64,000 bases of DNA from Mustelus asterias (Eukaryota). Positions 1-10,889 of this stretch are shown here, piece after piece (the first letter of the stretch is position 1; every line of letters starts with the position of its first letter). The stretch lies in contig NC_135808.1 in the NCBI RefSeq assembly GCF_964213995.1, forward strand, positions 39,680,001-39,744,000. The letters are read 5' to 3'. Below the pieces are notes generated by a model that saw only the letters and a list, made by a program, of their open reading frames with translations, had not been told where the DNA came from and searched no databases. The position numbers were made by a program, and so were the translations under genes.

Positions 1-370
1 GAACGTCCTGTTCCCGCTCCGAGACACCCTTCACCCTAGCACCAGGGAGGCAACATACCATCCTGGAGTTTCGTTTGTCTATTCCCCTTACAATTGAATC
101 CCCTGCAACTTTTGCACTGACATACTTTTTACCCCTTCCCTCTGCAGCAGAACCAATGAGTTTGGCTGCTGCTGCTTCCCCCAGAGAGGTCATTCCCCTC
201 AACAGCATCCAAAGAGGTATATCTGTTTTGCAGGGGAATGGCCACAGGAGATTCCTGCGCTACCTGCCTATCTCTCTTGCTCTGTCTGGTGGTCACCCAT
301 TCCCTTCCTGCCTGCGGAGTCGGAGCCACCTCTCTATACGTGCTATCCATGATACTCTCTGACTTACGGA
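1..370 (-). mobile_element. CR1 LINE ORF1 fragment (decayed)
   Basis: Minus strand reads SRMVCCLPGAR (esterase region) and QESPVAIPLQNRYTSLDAVEG, matching the CR1 ORF1 copies at 26190 and 45086. Confidence 0.8.
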
Positions 371-448
371 GTGTCTCCAGCTACCTCTCCAGTGGCGAAT
401 ATATTTGGAATGAAAGAACAAGACCTTTACCAATCCGACAGAAGTACT

Positions 449-745
449 GGCAGCACTATGGTATCGTGGTTAGCACTGCTGTCTCACAGCACGAGGGACA
501 GGGGTTCAATTCCAGCCCTGGGTCACTGTCTGTGTGGAGTTTGCACATTCTCCGAGTTTCGCGTGGGTTTTCTCTGGGTGCTCCTGTTTCCACCCACACT
601 CCAAAGACGTGCGGGCAGGTTGATTGTCGGGGGACAAGTAGGGTAAATAGGTGTAGTTACCGGGATAGGGCCTGGGTGGGATTGTTCTTGGCGCAGACTC
701 AATGGGCCAAATGGCCTCCTTCTGCGCTGTAGGGATTCTAGGGCT
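449..745 (+). mobile_element. tRNA-derived SINE (HE1/V-SINE-like), CR1-type tail
   Basis: Head with GTGGTTAGCACTGCT and B-box-like GGTTCAATTCC, core CTGTCTGTGTGGAGTTTGCACATTCTCC, tail GGGCCAAATGGCCTCCTTCTGCGCTGTAGGGATTCTA. Confidence 0.85.
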
Positions 746-1212
746 CTACTGATGTGACTCGGGAGAGGAAGATTGGCAATAGGCACACTGAATGCAACAT
801 TGCATTGGTTTTGGTATATCTGACCACAAACTTGCTTCTAACTTGGTCTCAGCATTTACCAAGTACCCATATTCAACAGCTGCCAGAATTGCCTTAGTGA
901 AACTATGAACAGTTATTTCTGACCGAAGAGCAACATTACGTCAGAGTGTTTAGTAAATGTGATTTCAAGGGTAAAAAGCGAAGTGCAGAGCGAGTTGTAA
1001 AGTAGCACAAACAGCTCGTTAAATTTGAGCTGCTGGGGTTACATTTGGCAGAGTAAATCAAAATCACAGTAATAAAGGCAGACGTGCTTAATGAATTTAA
1101 ACTGCATATGATACTACCTCCCCATGCAACCGGGTGGAAGAGAAGATATTAGGTCACAGAACATTATGGAGCTAATGTGCGCAAATTTAATACATATATA
1201 TACAAAACTTAC

Positions 1213-1354
1213 AAGAAACACCAACCGCAGCGAGGACCGGATAATATATGTCCACGATATTGTCCAGTGCCTTCCGTACCCGGTCTTCCAGTGGAATTGA
1301 CGGTTCATCAGAACCTGATGAACTATCATGCATTTTTCCAGCCTCTTTGTCCAT
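1213..1354 (-). CDS. Probable first coding exon of a GPR139/GPR142-like class A GPCR (rest of gene lies left of the window)
   Basis: ATG at 1354 (in-frame TAA upstream) gives MDKEAGKMHDSSSGSDEPSIPLEDRVRKALDNIVDIYYPVLAAVGVS+1 nt, then canonical donor GTAAGT (1212-1207). IYYP.LAA.GV at the start of TM1 followed by a phase-1 intron is the pattern I recognise for GPR139-like exon 1. Too short for the ORF track. Confidence 0.65.
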
Positions 1355-1584
1355 GTGTTCAGGCCACGCTTCGTCTTGCTCAAAGAGATGTTATTGAAAC
1401 GAGCCCTTACTTATTGTGAAGAGAATTCCATGGTGAGACTGTCCCATGGTGAGAACGGCTAGTCCCATGGAGACTAGTATTGTTCACAGTCATTAGACAA
1501 ACAGATTTGTGAAAGGTCTGCACTATCGCTCTGCTCTAAAATCTCTGAATCTCAGATATAGCATTTGGAATTGTTCTAACAGAA

Positions 1585-2637
1585 ACACAAAGGGACTTGG
1601 AGTTATTGCCAAAGATTCTCTTAAGGTTAACGTGCAGGTTCAGTCGGCAGTTAGGAAGGCAAATGCAATGGGGCGGCACGGTAGCACAGTGGTTAGCACT
1701 GCTGCTTCACAGCTCCAGGGTCCTGGGTTCGATTCCCGGCTCAGGTCACTGTCTGTGTGGAGTTTGCACATTCTCCTCGTGTCTGCGTGGGTTTCCTCCG
1801 GGTGCTCCGGTTTCCTCCCACAGTCCAAAGATGTGCGGGTTAGGTTGATTGGCCAGGTTTAAAATTGCCCCTGAGAGTCCTGAGATTTGTAGGTTAGCGG
1901 GATTAGCGGGTAAATATGTGGGGGTAGGGCCTGGGTGGGATTGTGGTCGGTGCAGACTCGATGGGCCGAATGGCCTCCTTCTGCACTGTTGGGTTTCTAT
2001 GATTCTATGAATGTTAGCATTCATGTCAAGAGGGCTAGAATACAAGAGCAGGTATGTACTTCTGAGGATGTATAAGGCTCTGGTCAGACCCCATTTGGAA
2101 TACTTTGAGCAGTTTTGGGCCCCATATCTAAGGAAGGATATACTGGCCTTGGAAAGGATACAGAGGAGGTTCACAAGAATGATCCCTGGAATGAAGAGCA
2201 TGTCGTATGAGGAACGGTTGAGGACTCTGGGTCTGTACTTGTTGGAGTTTAGAAGGACGAGGGGGGGAGTCTTGCAGGATACTGCGAGGCCTGAATAGAG
2301 TGGACGTCGGGAGGGCGTTTCCACTAGTAGAAAAAACTAGAATCAGAGGGCACAACCTCAGGCTAAAGGGACGAACCTTTAAAACGGAGATGAGGAGGAA
2401 TTTCTTCAGCCAGAGAGTGTTGAATCTGTGGAACTCTTTGCCGCAGAAGGCTGTGGAGCGCAGGTCATTGAGTGTCTTTGAGATAGTGATAGATCGGTTC
2501 TTGATTAATAAGGGGATCAGGGTTTATGGGGAAAAGGCAGGAGAATGGGGATGAGAAAAATATCAGCCATGATTGAATGGCGGAGCAGACTCGATGGGCT
2601 GAGTGGCCTAATTTAGCTCCTCTGTCTTATGGTCTAA
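1585..2637 (+). mobile_element. CR1 LINE 3' fragment, interrupted by a SINE
   Basis: LVRPHLEY..QFWAP, ERIQRRFTRMIPG, RNFFSQRVLNLWNSLP; 3' tail GGGCTGAGTGGCCTAAT...TCTTATGG. Confidence 0.9.
1671..2009 (+). mobile_element. tRNA-derived SINE (HE1-like) inserted in CR1
   Basis: A box TAGCACAGTGG, B box GGTTCGATTCC, tail TTCTATGATTCTATG; CR1 reading (KANAM|LAF) resumes after it. Confidence 0.9.
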
Positions 2638-2736
2638 CATCAGCAGAAAATAGTTCGAAACATCAGCCTCTAATTGCGTTTTCAGTGATTTCACTTATAG
2701 GTCATTCCTCGGGTCTACGTTTCAAGAAGGAATCAA

Positions 2737-3872
2737 ATGTCACAGGCCTCCACTCAGAGAAGCAATCCTCCACAACCACTCTCTGGCTTCTTCCATTGAG
2801 TCAGTGTCTAATCCAATTTCCTACCTCCCCATGTATACCTAGCGACTGAACCTTCCGAACTAACCTCCCATGAGGGACCTTGTCAAAGGCCTTGCTGAAA
2901 TCCAGGTAGACAACATCCACCGCCTTCCCTTCATCCACTTTCCTGGTAACCTCCTCGAAAAACTCTAATAGATTGGTCAAACATGACCTACCACGCACAA
3001 AGCCATGTTGACTCTCCCTAATAAGTCCCTGTCTATCCAAATATTTGTAGATCCTATCCCTTATCACACCTTCCAATAACTTGTCTACCACCAACGTCAA
3101 ACTTACTGGCCGATAATTTCCCGGATTTCTTTTGGAACCTTTTTTAAACAACGGAACAACATGAGCCACCCTCCAATCATCCGGCACCTCCCCCGTGAAT
3201 ACTGACATTTTAAATATGTCTGCCAGGGCCCCTGCAAGTTCAACACTAGCTTCCCTCAAGGTCCGTGGGAATACCCTGTCCGGTCCTGGGGACTTATCCA
3301 CTCTGATTGGCCTCAAGACAGCGAGCACCTCCTCCCCTTTAATCTGTAAAGTTTCCATGGCCTCCGTACCAGTTTGCCGTATTTCCATAGACTCCATGCC
3401 CGTTTCCTCAGTAAATACGGATGCAAAAAAACCATTTAGTATCTCCCCATCTCTTTTGGTTCCACACACAGTCTACCACTCTGGTCTTCAAGAGGACCAA
3501 TTCTATCCCTCACTATCCTTTTGCTCCTAACATACCTATAGAAGCTCTTTGGATTTTCCTTCACTCTGTCTGCCAAAGCAACCTCATGTCTTCTTTGAGC
3601 CCTCCTGATTTCCCTCTTAAGTAGCTTCTTGCACTTTTTATACTCCTCGAGCATCTGATCTGTTCCTTGCTGCCTGTACATTTCATACAACTCTCTCTTC
3701 CTCTTAATCAGTGTTACAATCTCCCTCGAGAACCAAGGTTCCTTATTCCTATTTACTTTGCCTTTAATCCTGACAGGAACATACAAACTCTGCACTCTCT
3801 AAATTTCTCCTTTGAAGGCCTCCCACTTTCCATTTACATCCTTACCAGAGAACAGCCTGTGCCAATCCGCCT
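2737..3872 (-). mobile_element. CR1 LINE ORF2 internal fragment (RT N-half)
   Basis: KSPGPD, NYRPVSLT, QHGFVRGRSCLTNL, YLDFSKAFDKVPH in ORFs 2801-3469 and 3436-3795. Confidence 0.9.
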
Positions 3873-3873
3873 T

Positions 3874-4197
3874 ACATAAGAACATAAGAACATAAGAAAT
3901 AGGAGCAGGAGTAGGCCATCTAGCCCCTCGAGCCTGCCCCGCCATTCAATAAGATCATGGCTGATCTGACGTGGATCAGTACCACTTACCCGCCTGATCC
4001 CCATAACCCTTAATTCCCTTACCGCTCAGGAATCCATCCATCCGCGCTTTAAACATATTCAGCGAGGTAGCCTCCACCACCTCAGTGGGCAGAGAATTCC
4101 AGAGATTCACCACCCTCTGGGAGAAGAAGTTCCTCCTTAACTCTGTCTTAAACCGACCCCCCCCTTTATTTTGAGGCTGTGTCCTCTAGTTTTAACT
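3874..4197 (-). mobile_element. CR1 3' end with (ACATAAGA)n tail
   Basis: Tandem ACATAAGA tail; minus strand RNFFSQRVVNLWNSLP-coding sequence. Confidence 0.85.
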
Positions 4198-4489
4198 TAC
4201 ATGTGACTAATAAATTTTAAGCATATTTAAACCCAGAATCGTTGCAGGCTCGGAAGTCCATGTTATTCCTCAAGAGTCCTTGAGGGTACATCTTGTCCTG
4301 GAGAAGCTTGCAGACGCAAGAAGCACGTCCTAGGAGAAATGAAGGTGTCTCCAACATTGCCGTTTGCAAAGGCCCTTGCTTATATTGCCCCTGTGAACTA
4401 GTGTTGAGCTCTCATCTGGATAAGAGCCATCATTGTTGGCTGAAGCTTGCATCTTCAACACCTTGGTGGATGTGTGAACAGCAACTGGA

Positions 4490-4800
4490 GCAGCACGGTG
4501 GCACAGTCGTTAGCACTGCTGCCTCATAGTGCCAGGGACTCAGGTTTGATTCCCGGCTTGGATCATTGTCTGTGTGGAGTCTGAACGTTCTCCCCGTGTC
4601 TGCGTGGGTTTTCTACGGGTGCTCCGTTTTCCTCCCACAGTCTGAAAGACGTGCTGGTTTGGTGCATTGGCTATGCTAAATTCTCCCTCAGTGTACCTGA
4701 ACCGACATCGGAGTGTGGTGACAAGGGGATTTTCACAGTAACTTCATTGCAGTGTTAATGTAAGCCTACTTGGGACTCAAAGAAATAAACTTTAAACTTA
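4490..4800 (+). mobile_element. tRNA-derived SINE, alternative-tail subfamily
   Basis: Same head/core as the HE1-like copies but ends ACAGTAACTTCATTGCAGTGTTAATGTAAGCCTACTTG...AATAAACTTTA. Confidence 0.85.
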
Positions 4801-5519
4801 AAAATAATTTTTAAAAACTTTATCAAAGCACCACATTTAGTAAGCATGTCCTTTGTCGGTTTCCTTCCATCTCAAAACCAGCAGGCAATTGTTAAGTTCT
4901 TCACCTGTCCTTCAAGTCCACTCCATCCCTTCCAGGTAAAGGACATCCTGAAGGAACAGAGACGAGTTCCTCCTGCTCATAGATGAATGTGAATGGAGAC
5001 ATTGTTGCTTGACCTAGGTGATTAGAGCCATGTGCAAGATGCCTTTCCACTTGTCTCCATTCCCTTGAGGCTCTACCATTGCCTTGGTAACATAGAGGGA
5101 CTACTAGCAGACTTGGCCAATCTCCAGGCGGATGAAGTTTTGGAGTCAGGAGTTTGTTGTCCCCCATCTCTGCCACTGGGAGGCATCCACCTCCCTCTCT
5201 TTCTCTTCATCCTAGTAAGAAGTCTCACAACACATCATCTCTTCACCCTGTCTCTGACTGCAGCCAGTGGCAAGTGGCACACTCCAGACCTTGCTGGATC
5301 TTGATGTTTTGAGACCCATGAGCTGGGAAAACGTCTGCTATCATGTGGACTTTGCCAGAGAGAGGAGAACACAAGTGAGCATGGCTGACAAAAACTATAG
5401 TCGACCTGAGCTTGCTTTGTTTTATATGAGAAAGGAGGCCAGTTCCCAGTGCCTCCATCCTTTGCAATGGTCACTATATTCGAGATGGTATATAACTGGA
5501 ACTTGTAACAGTCTAACCA

Positions 5520-5890
5520 TGGTGGAAAAATAAGAGGTTATCTACTTTGGAAGGAGGAACAGATGCACATAGTATTTCTTACATGGTGAGAGATTTGAAA
5601 ATTTAAATGTGCAAAGGGACCTGGGTGTCCTCATCAATAAGTCACTGAAGGCTAACACACACGTGCAACAGTTAATTAGCAAGGTTAGTGGCATGTTAGC
5701 CTTTATTGCAAAAAGTGGCAGGAGTGGCAGTATTTTGTTTCAATTGTATAGGAGTTTAGTTAGATGGCAGCTGGTGTAGTGTGTGCAGTTTTGGTCCCTT
5801 TAGCTTGGGAAGGATGTTATTGCCATAGAGGGAGTTCAGCAGAGATGTTTCCAGGGTAGTGGCACAGTCCTATGAAGAGAGACTGGAATT
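5520..5890 (+). mobile_element. Decayed CR1 RT C-terminal fragment
   Basis: AGGGACCTGGGTGTCCTC and GTGTGCAGTTTTGGTCCC match the CR1 ORF2 copies. Confidence 0.7.
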
Positions 5891-5904
5891 CATATCAATG
5901 TGTT

Positions 5905-6227
5905 CTTTTTTGTCTTTTAGGGCAAACCAAATAAACGAACTCAGGGACAAAGTAAAAGGGGCAGCTCCTCAAAAGGAGGGGAAACAGCCCAAACAGAACA
6001 GAAGTACAAAGGAAACTTAAAACATCAAATCATAATGTGATTATCGGGGTCTATAATGCACCCCAGCCCCTGCGGTGCCCAACGGGCGCAGAAGGCGTCA
6101 ACTGCGCCCGTGGACACCGCATGCTCCCTCTCCAGGGACACCTGGCTGCGAATGTAGCCGCGGTAGAGGGGCAGACAGTCAGGATGGACGACCCCGTCGA
6201 TCGCCCGCTGCCTGAACCTGTTAATGG
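5905..6227 (-). mobile_element. Tx1/L1-clade LINE 3' end fragment (same family as 38161-40561)
   Basis: RQRAIDGVVHPDCLPLYRGYIRSQVSLEREHAVSTG...WAPQGLGCIIDP is nearly identical to the C-terminus of ORF 38179-40434; 3' UTR also matches. Confidence 0.9.
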
Positions 6228-6801
6228 TCAATATGTTTATCGTGACAGTGATTTATTGTGATCCCAGTCTCCCTCTTTACACTGGGTAGCTGTTAGGCAA
6301 CGCCTTTTCACTGTCATTCCAGTTCCTGTTGCCCAGCTTCAATCTCACTCTGACTCAGTTTGAACTCCCTGGTAACTGGTGACGGGCGACTAGTTTGACT
6401 TTTCATTGGTTAGTCCTGAAAAGAAATACCCAATCATTCACCCTCTGGCTCTGCGGCTTCCATTCAGGAAATGGTCGCACACCACGTTCGATGGTAAATG
6501 GAGTCCTGATAGATTTTTTCGGTCTATAAACAGCAATTGTTATTCCCTGCCACTGATTGGAACAGGGACGGTGGATTTCCAGAATGTTGCTGATCCTTTT
6601 CTCCATCTCCTTGTGTTTTTCCTGCGTCTCTTCCGGTAAGGGCAGAATTCAGCCTTTCGTTCTCTCTTTCTATCACTGCTACAGCTCAGGATGCATGCAG
6701 TAAATTCCCTGAGATTTTACTCGGAGGAACAATGCGTGTCACAACTGCAATGCGTGTCACAATATTAAACTGATCGAGGTTTTTGTATCTAATTTTCTGT
6801 G

Positions 6802-7086
6802 TCCGTCTGGCTCTGTTCCTCTATCTATTTATCTCTGCGCCCATTGGTCAATATAAGCTGTTCACTCTCTCCTGCCTGGTTACTGGGGTTTATCCTGCAG
6901 ACATCGAGGTTACTTGGCTAAGGAATGGAGAGGTAATGTCTGAGACACTATCCTCAGGGGTTCGAACGAACCACGATGACACCCATCAGATCCAGAAAGT
7001 GATTGAAATTAATGCTGGGGATGAGGATCAATGTTCCTGTCAAATTGAACACAGTAGCCTGGCAGAGTCCAAGATCCATCAGTGGG
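6802..7086 (+). pseudogene. MHC class I-like heavy chain alpha-3 (Ig C1-set) exon, probably defective
   Basis: LSCLVTGVYPADIEVTWLRNG...RTNHDDTHQIQK...CSCQIEHSSL...QW has C1-set B-strand Cys, C-strand Trp and the CxxxH motif; 285 nt ending in phase-1 donor G|GTAAG (7087). Expected acceptor after the pyrimidine tract reads TG (6800-6801), not AG; deviations from usual class I consensus (GFYP>GVYP, PNxDG>TNHDD, YSC>CSC). Confidence 0.8.
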
Positions 7087-7394
7087 GTAAGCAATGGTGC
7101 TGGATGTGTCTGTGCATGTGATGGACAAAGAGAGTGTGAAAGAACATGTAATGACAGAGGGGAGACAAGGAAACCCCAAGGCTGTGTATTTTGCACAGTC
7201 CAATTTTGAATTGGAAACCAATTTTGAATAGGTTTATAGTGTTACATAGCTCTTCAAGTAAGTTTATCAAACAAGTGGTTAACTTCACACAGTTCTTTCA
7301 GCCACTTCAAAGTGCAATGTTTTTCAATCCCATTGCCCCAAATCTTCATTTTGGGTAATGGGATTCTTAAATACCATGCTGCCAAATGCACATT

Positions 7395-7468
7395 TAATAT
7401 TACAATGGCTTCAATCCTTCATAAAAGCATGCCTGCTTTTATGAAGGATTGAGGCCATTGTCATATTA
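7395..7468. repeat. 35-bp-arm hairpin with 4-nt loop
   Basis: 7395-7429 is the reverse complement of 7434-7468 with 2 mismatches. Confidence 0.9.
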
Positions 7469-7799
7469 GCCTGCGAGGGGACCCAGCAGTTAGAGGACAG
7501 AGTATTTTTGATTGGAATCTCGAGCGGTTAATGAGTGTTCTTTCTATATTCTCAAGCTGAGAGCCTAAAAATGCTATTATATTAATGAATTGGTAACAAA
7601 TAGTGAACAAATCAAATAAATAATTAAGGTTTGAGAGAAATAGCAGTGTGTGCCTTGACTGCAAAACGTGGGACTTAGTGGGTGAAGGGAAAATTCGAAA
7701 GCAAAAGAGAGGAGTTGAGGCAATACAGCAGTGTAGCAATTTGGCTAAAGACAAGCAGGGTTGGACAGAAAGTGACAAGACTGTTTAACGGTCATCATG

Positions 7800-8260
7800 C
7801 AACAGTGTATAGGCTTCATGTATAGAATAGTATACACAAAACCTTCATAAAAGGATGGAGGAACTAGCGAAACAAATAGAGATAAATGGATTTGATATAA
7901 TCACAATTCTTAAAACATGGTTATCAGATGATCAATGTCACGAAATAAATATTGCATGGTGCACCATATTTTGAAAGACAGGCAGAATGGAAAAGGAGAA
8001 GGAGTAGCCCATATAGTAAAGAATAACAGAGGCATGTGAAAGAAGGAAAGAATCTTGGCTCAGAATTGGAAGCAGTATGGGGGGAGATTAGGAACAGCAA
8101 GAATCAGGGAAGAGCCAATTGGAGATGTTTCTGGGCCCCAAACAAAATTTATATAGCTGGGCAGATCATTATGATAAAATTTGTCGTCTTGTAACTAAAG
8201 CAATGTATTAATCATGGAGGACTTTAATCTTCATATAGACTGAACAAAAGGTCGGAGCAA
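7800..8260 (+). mobile_element. Highly decayed CR1 APE-endonuclease region
   Basis: AGACAGGCAGAATGGAAAAGGAGAAGGAGTAGC and ATCATGGAGGACTTTAATCT resemble the RKDR..GGGVA and MGDFN motifs. Confidence 0.65.
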
Positions 8261-8679
8261 AGTTGATCGAAAAGTTTTGTGGTGAATTCACATGATTGAG
8301 ACAAACCCAGGACAGCTTTTTTCAGTTCTCCGGTGAACTATGTCAGTAAATACAGTCGATGATTTAGTTTCACACAGATTGTACGTAAACGCCAAAATCT
8401 GGATGAAAGAATACAGGAATGGTTTTCCTTCTGGCTTTGGTCTTTTGGTCTTTGAGCATCCCTCTGTTTTTTTCCTCATTTTATTTTGTTTTTGTCTCTG
8501 GACAGTCATTCTCAATAGGATGTGAAAAACAAAGTGATGGCTGTGATCCAATTAAACTTTTCCTATCAGAACCCGCTACACAAACCCCATCATAACTCCT
8601 TACATAACCCCCATTATCACCCCTTATACTCCCCGCATTATCACCCCTTACATTCCTCCCATTATCACCCCTTACACTG

Positions 8680-9470
8680 TCCTGTCTAACCCTGTTAGAA
8701 TTTTAAAAGTTTCTTTGAGATCCCCTCTCAATCTTCTAAATTCCAGTGAACATAATCCTAACCGATTTTGTGTCTCCTCATATGACATCCTAGGAATCAG
8801 CCTGGTAAACCTTCGCTGTTCCCCCAGTATAGCAAGGACATCCTTCCTCAGATAACGATTTCGAAATTGTATACAATACTCCAGGTGTGGCCTCATCGAT
8901 GTCCTATACAATTGCAGCAAAACATCTCTATTCCTATACTGAAATCCTCTCCCCAATAAGGCCAACATACCATTTGCCCTCTTTTCTGCCTGCTGTACCT
9001 GCACGCTTACTTTCAGTGACTGACACACGGGGACACCAAGGTCTCACCGAGTATCTACCTCTCTCAATTTACACCCTTTAAGGTAAACATCTGTCTTCCT
9101 ATTATTGGCAATCCCATCAATTTCCCCAAAACCATTTCTCTATTAATGCTGAATTCCATCAGCTCCTCACTAAAACTTGTTTCTCTCAGATGTTCTGGTA
9201 CATTATTCATGTCTTCCTTTGTGAAGACAGAAGCAAATTCCAAATTTAGTTCCTCAGCCATTTATTTAGAAATCTTAGAAAGATTTCTAAATAAATGGCT
9301 GAGGAACTAAATTTGTTCCCCATTATCAATTCTCCCATTTCTGACTGTAAGGGGCCTACATTTGTTTTTGTCAATCTTTTCTCTGCACATATCTATATAA
9401 ACTTTTGCAATCAGTTTTCATGTTCGCCGCTATCTTACTTTCATACTCTATTTTTCCCTTCTTAAATATG
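8680..9470 (-). mobile_element. CR1 ORF2 fragment with internal deletion
   Basis: RPHLEYCIQF, RRFTRLIP and AEELN.EFASVFTKED on the minus strand. Confidence 0.85.
9241..9315. repeat. Perfect 36-bp-arm palindrome with 3-nt loop
   Basis: 9241-9276 is the exact reverse complement of 9280-9315. Confidence 0.95.
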
Positions 9471-10790
9471 ACCCCCATCATCGCCCGCTACACAACCGCA
9501 TAATCATTTCCTACACTATCTGCATCATCACTCCCTAACTCCATCATCACCCTCTACACTACCCCACCATCACACCAAGGCAACCCCCATCATCACCCCC
9601 TAAATTACATCAATCATTGCGCCATAAACCACTCCTACTATCATACCCTACACTCTACGCGATCATTGCCCCATCATCACCCCATCCATCATCACCTACA
9701 CGACTCCCATTATCACAATCTATATCACCCCCGACACTAAGCCCATCATCACCCCCTTCATCACCCACGACACAACTCACATCATCACCCTCTACATTAA
9801 CCCCATCATTACCCTCTATACTAAACCCATCATCTCCCATGACATTACCCCCATCATCACCGCTGGGCGGCACGGTAGCACAGTGGTTAGCACTGCTGCT
9901 TCACAGCTCTAGGTACCTGTGTTCGATTCCCGGCTTGGGGCACTGTCTGTGTGGAGTTTGCACATTCTCCTCGTGTCTGCGTGGGTTTCCTCGGCGTGCT
10001 CCGGTTTCCTCCCACAGTCCAAAAATGTGCGGGTTAACTTGATTGGCCATGCTAAAATTGCCCCTTAGTGTCCTGAGATGCTTAAGTTAGAGGGATTAAC
10101 AGGTAAATATGGAGGGATACGGGGGTAGGGCTTGGGTGGGATTGTGGTTGGTGCAGACACGATCGGCTGAATGGCCTCTTTCTGTACTGTAGGGTTTCTA
10201 TGATTTCTATGATGATTTCTATGAACCACCTCATGGTCACCCACTACACAAACACCATCTACCCCATCAACACCATCTATGCTACCCCCATTGTCACCAT
10301 CTACACAGCCCATATCGTCATCTCCTACACTACTCCCATCATCACCCCTTACATTACCCACATTCTCACCCCCTGTACTACCCGAATCATCACCCCCTGT
10401 ACTACTCCCATCATCGCACGCTACACTTCCCCATCATTATCCAACACATTATGCTCATCATCAAATCTACACTACCCTGATCTAATCCCCAACACTACCC
10501 CCATCATCTCCCCCGAAACGACTGTTATCGACACCCTCTACACAACCCCGATCATCTCCCCCTACACTTCCCCATCAGCAGCAGCTACATTACCACCATT
10601 ACCCTCCACACAGCCCCCATCCTCACCCTCCAAACAACCCCCATCCTCACCCTCCACACAACCCCCATCCTCACCCTCCGCCACCCTCGGCACTGGCCCC
10701 ATCCTCGCCCTCGGCACTGGCCCCATCCTCGCCCTCGGCACTGGCCCCATCCTCGCCCTCGGCACTGGCCCCATCCTCGTCCTCGGCACA
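9470..10790. repeat. C/A-rich degenerate minisatellite (CCCCATCATCACCCC-type units) ending in ~4 near-perfect 24-bp units
   Basis: Recurrent CCCATCATCACC motif (also 8570-8675); 10684-10790 = (CCTCGGCACTGGCCCCATCCTCGC)x~4. Confidence 0.9.
9865..10222 (+). mobile_element. tRNA-derived SINE (HE1-like) inserted in the minisatellite
   Basis: Full head with A/B boxes, V-core, (TTTCTATGA)n tail. Confidence 0.9.
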
Positions 10791-10889
10791 GACTCTACCG
10801 CCAACAATTGGCATACCAGACACTCACACTTATAAGATCTCTGTCTAATTACACTGTTTCATGGTACCCTCTGTTAACAGTTCACTCCC

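Noticed and set aside
1671-1742. tRNA genes at SINE heads
   Set aside because: A/B boxes are present but each continues into SINE core and tail; multi-copy and diverged.
6240-6640. Short ORFs just upstream of the alpha-3 exon as a candidate alpha-2 exon
   Set aside because: No class I alpha-2 motifs (paired Cys, YDG.D) in the frames examined.
6783-7121. Single-exon 112-aa ORF as a complete secreted Ig protein
   Set aside because: Starts at TTG in the intronic pyrimidine tract and runs through a canonical donor; it is an internal exon.
9617-10835. Pro/Ser/Thr-rich mucin-like ORFs
   Set aside because: Low-complexity minisatellite plus SINE read-through; no splice or signal evidence.
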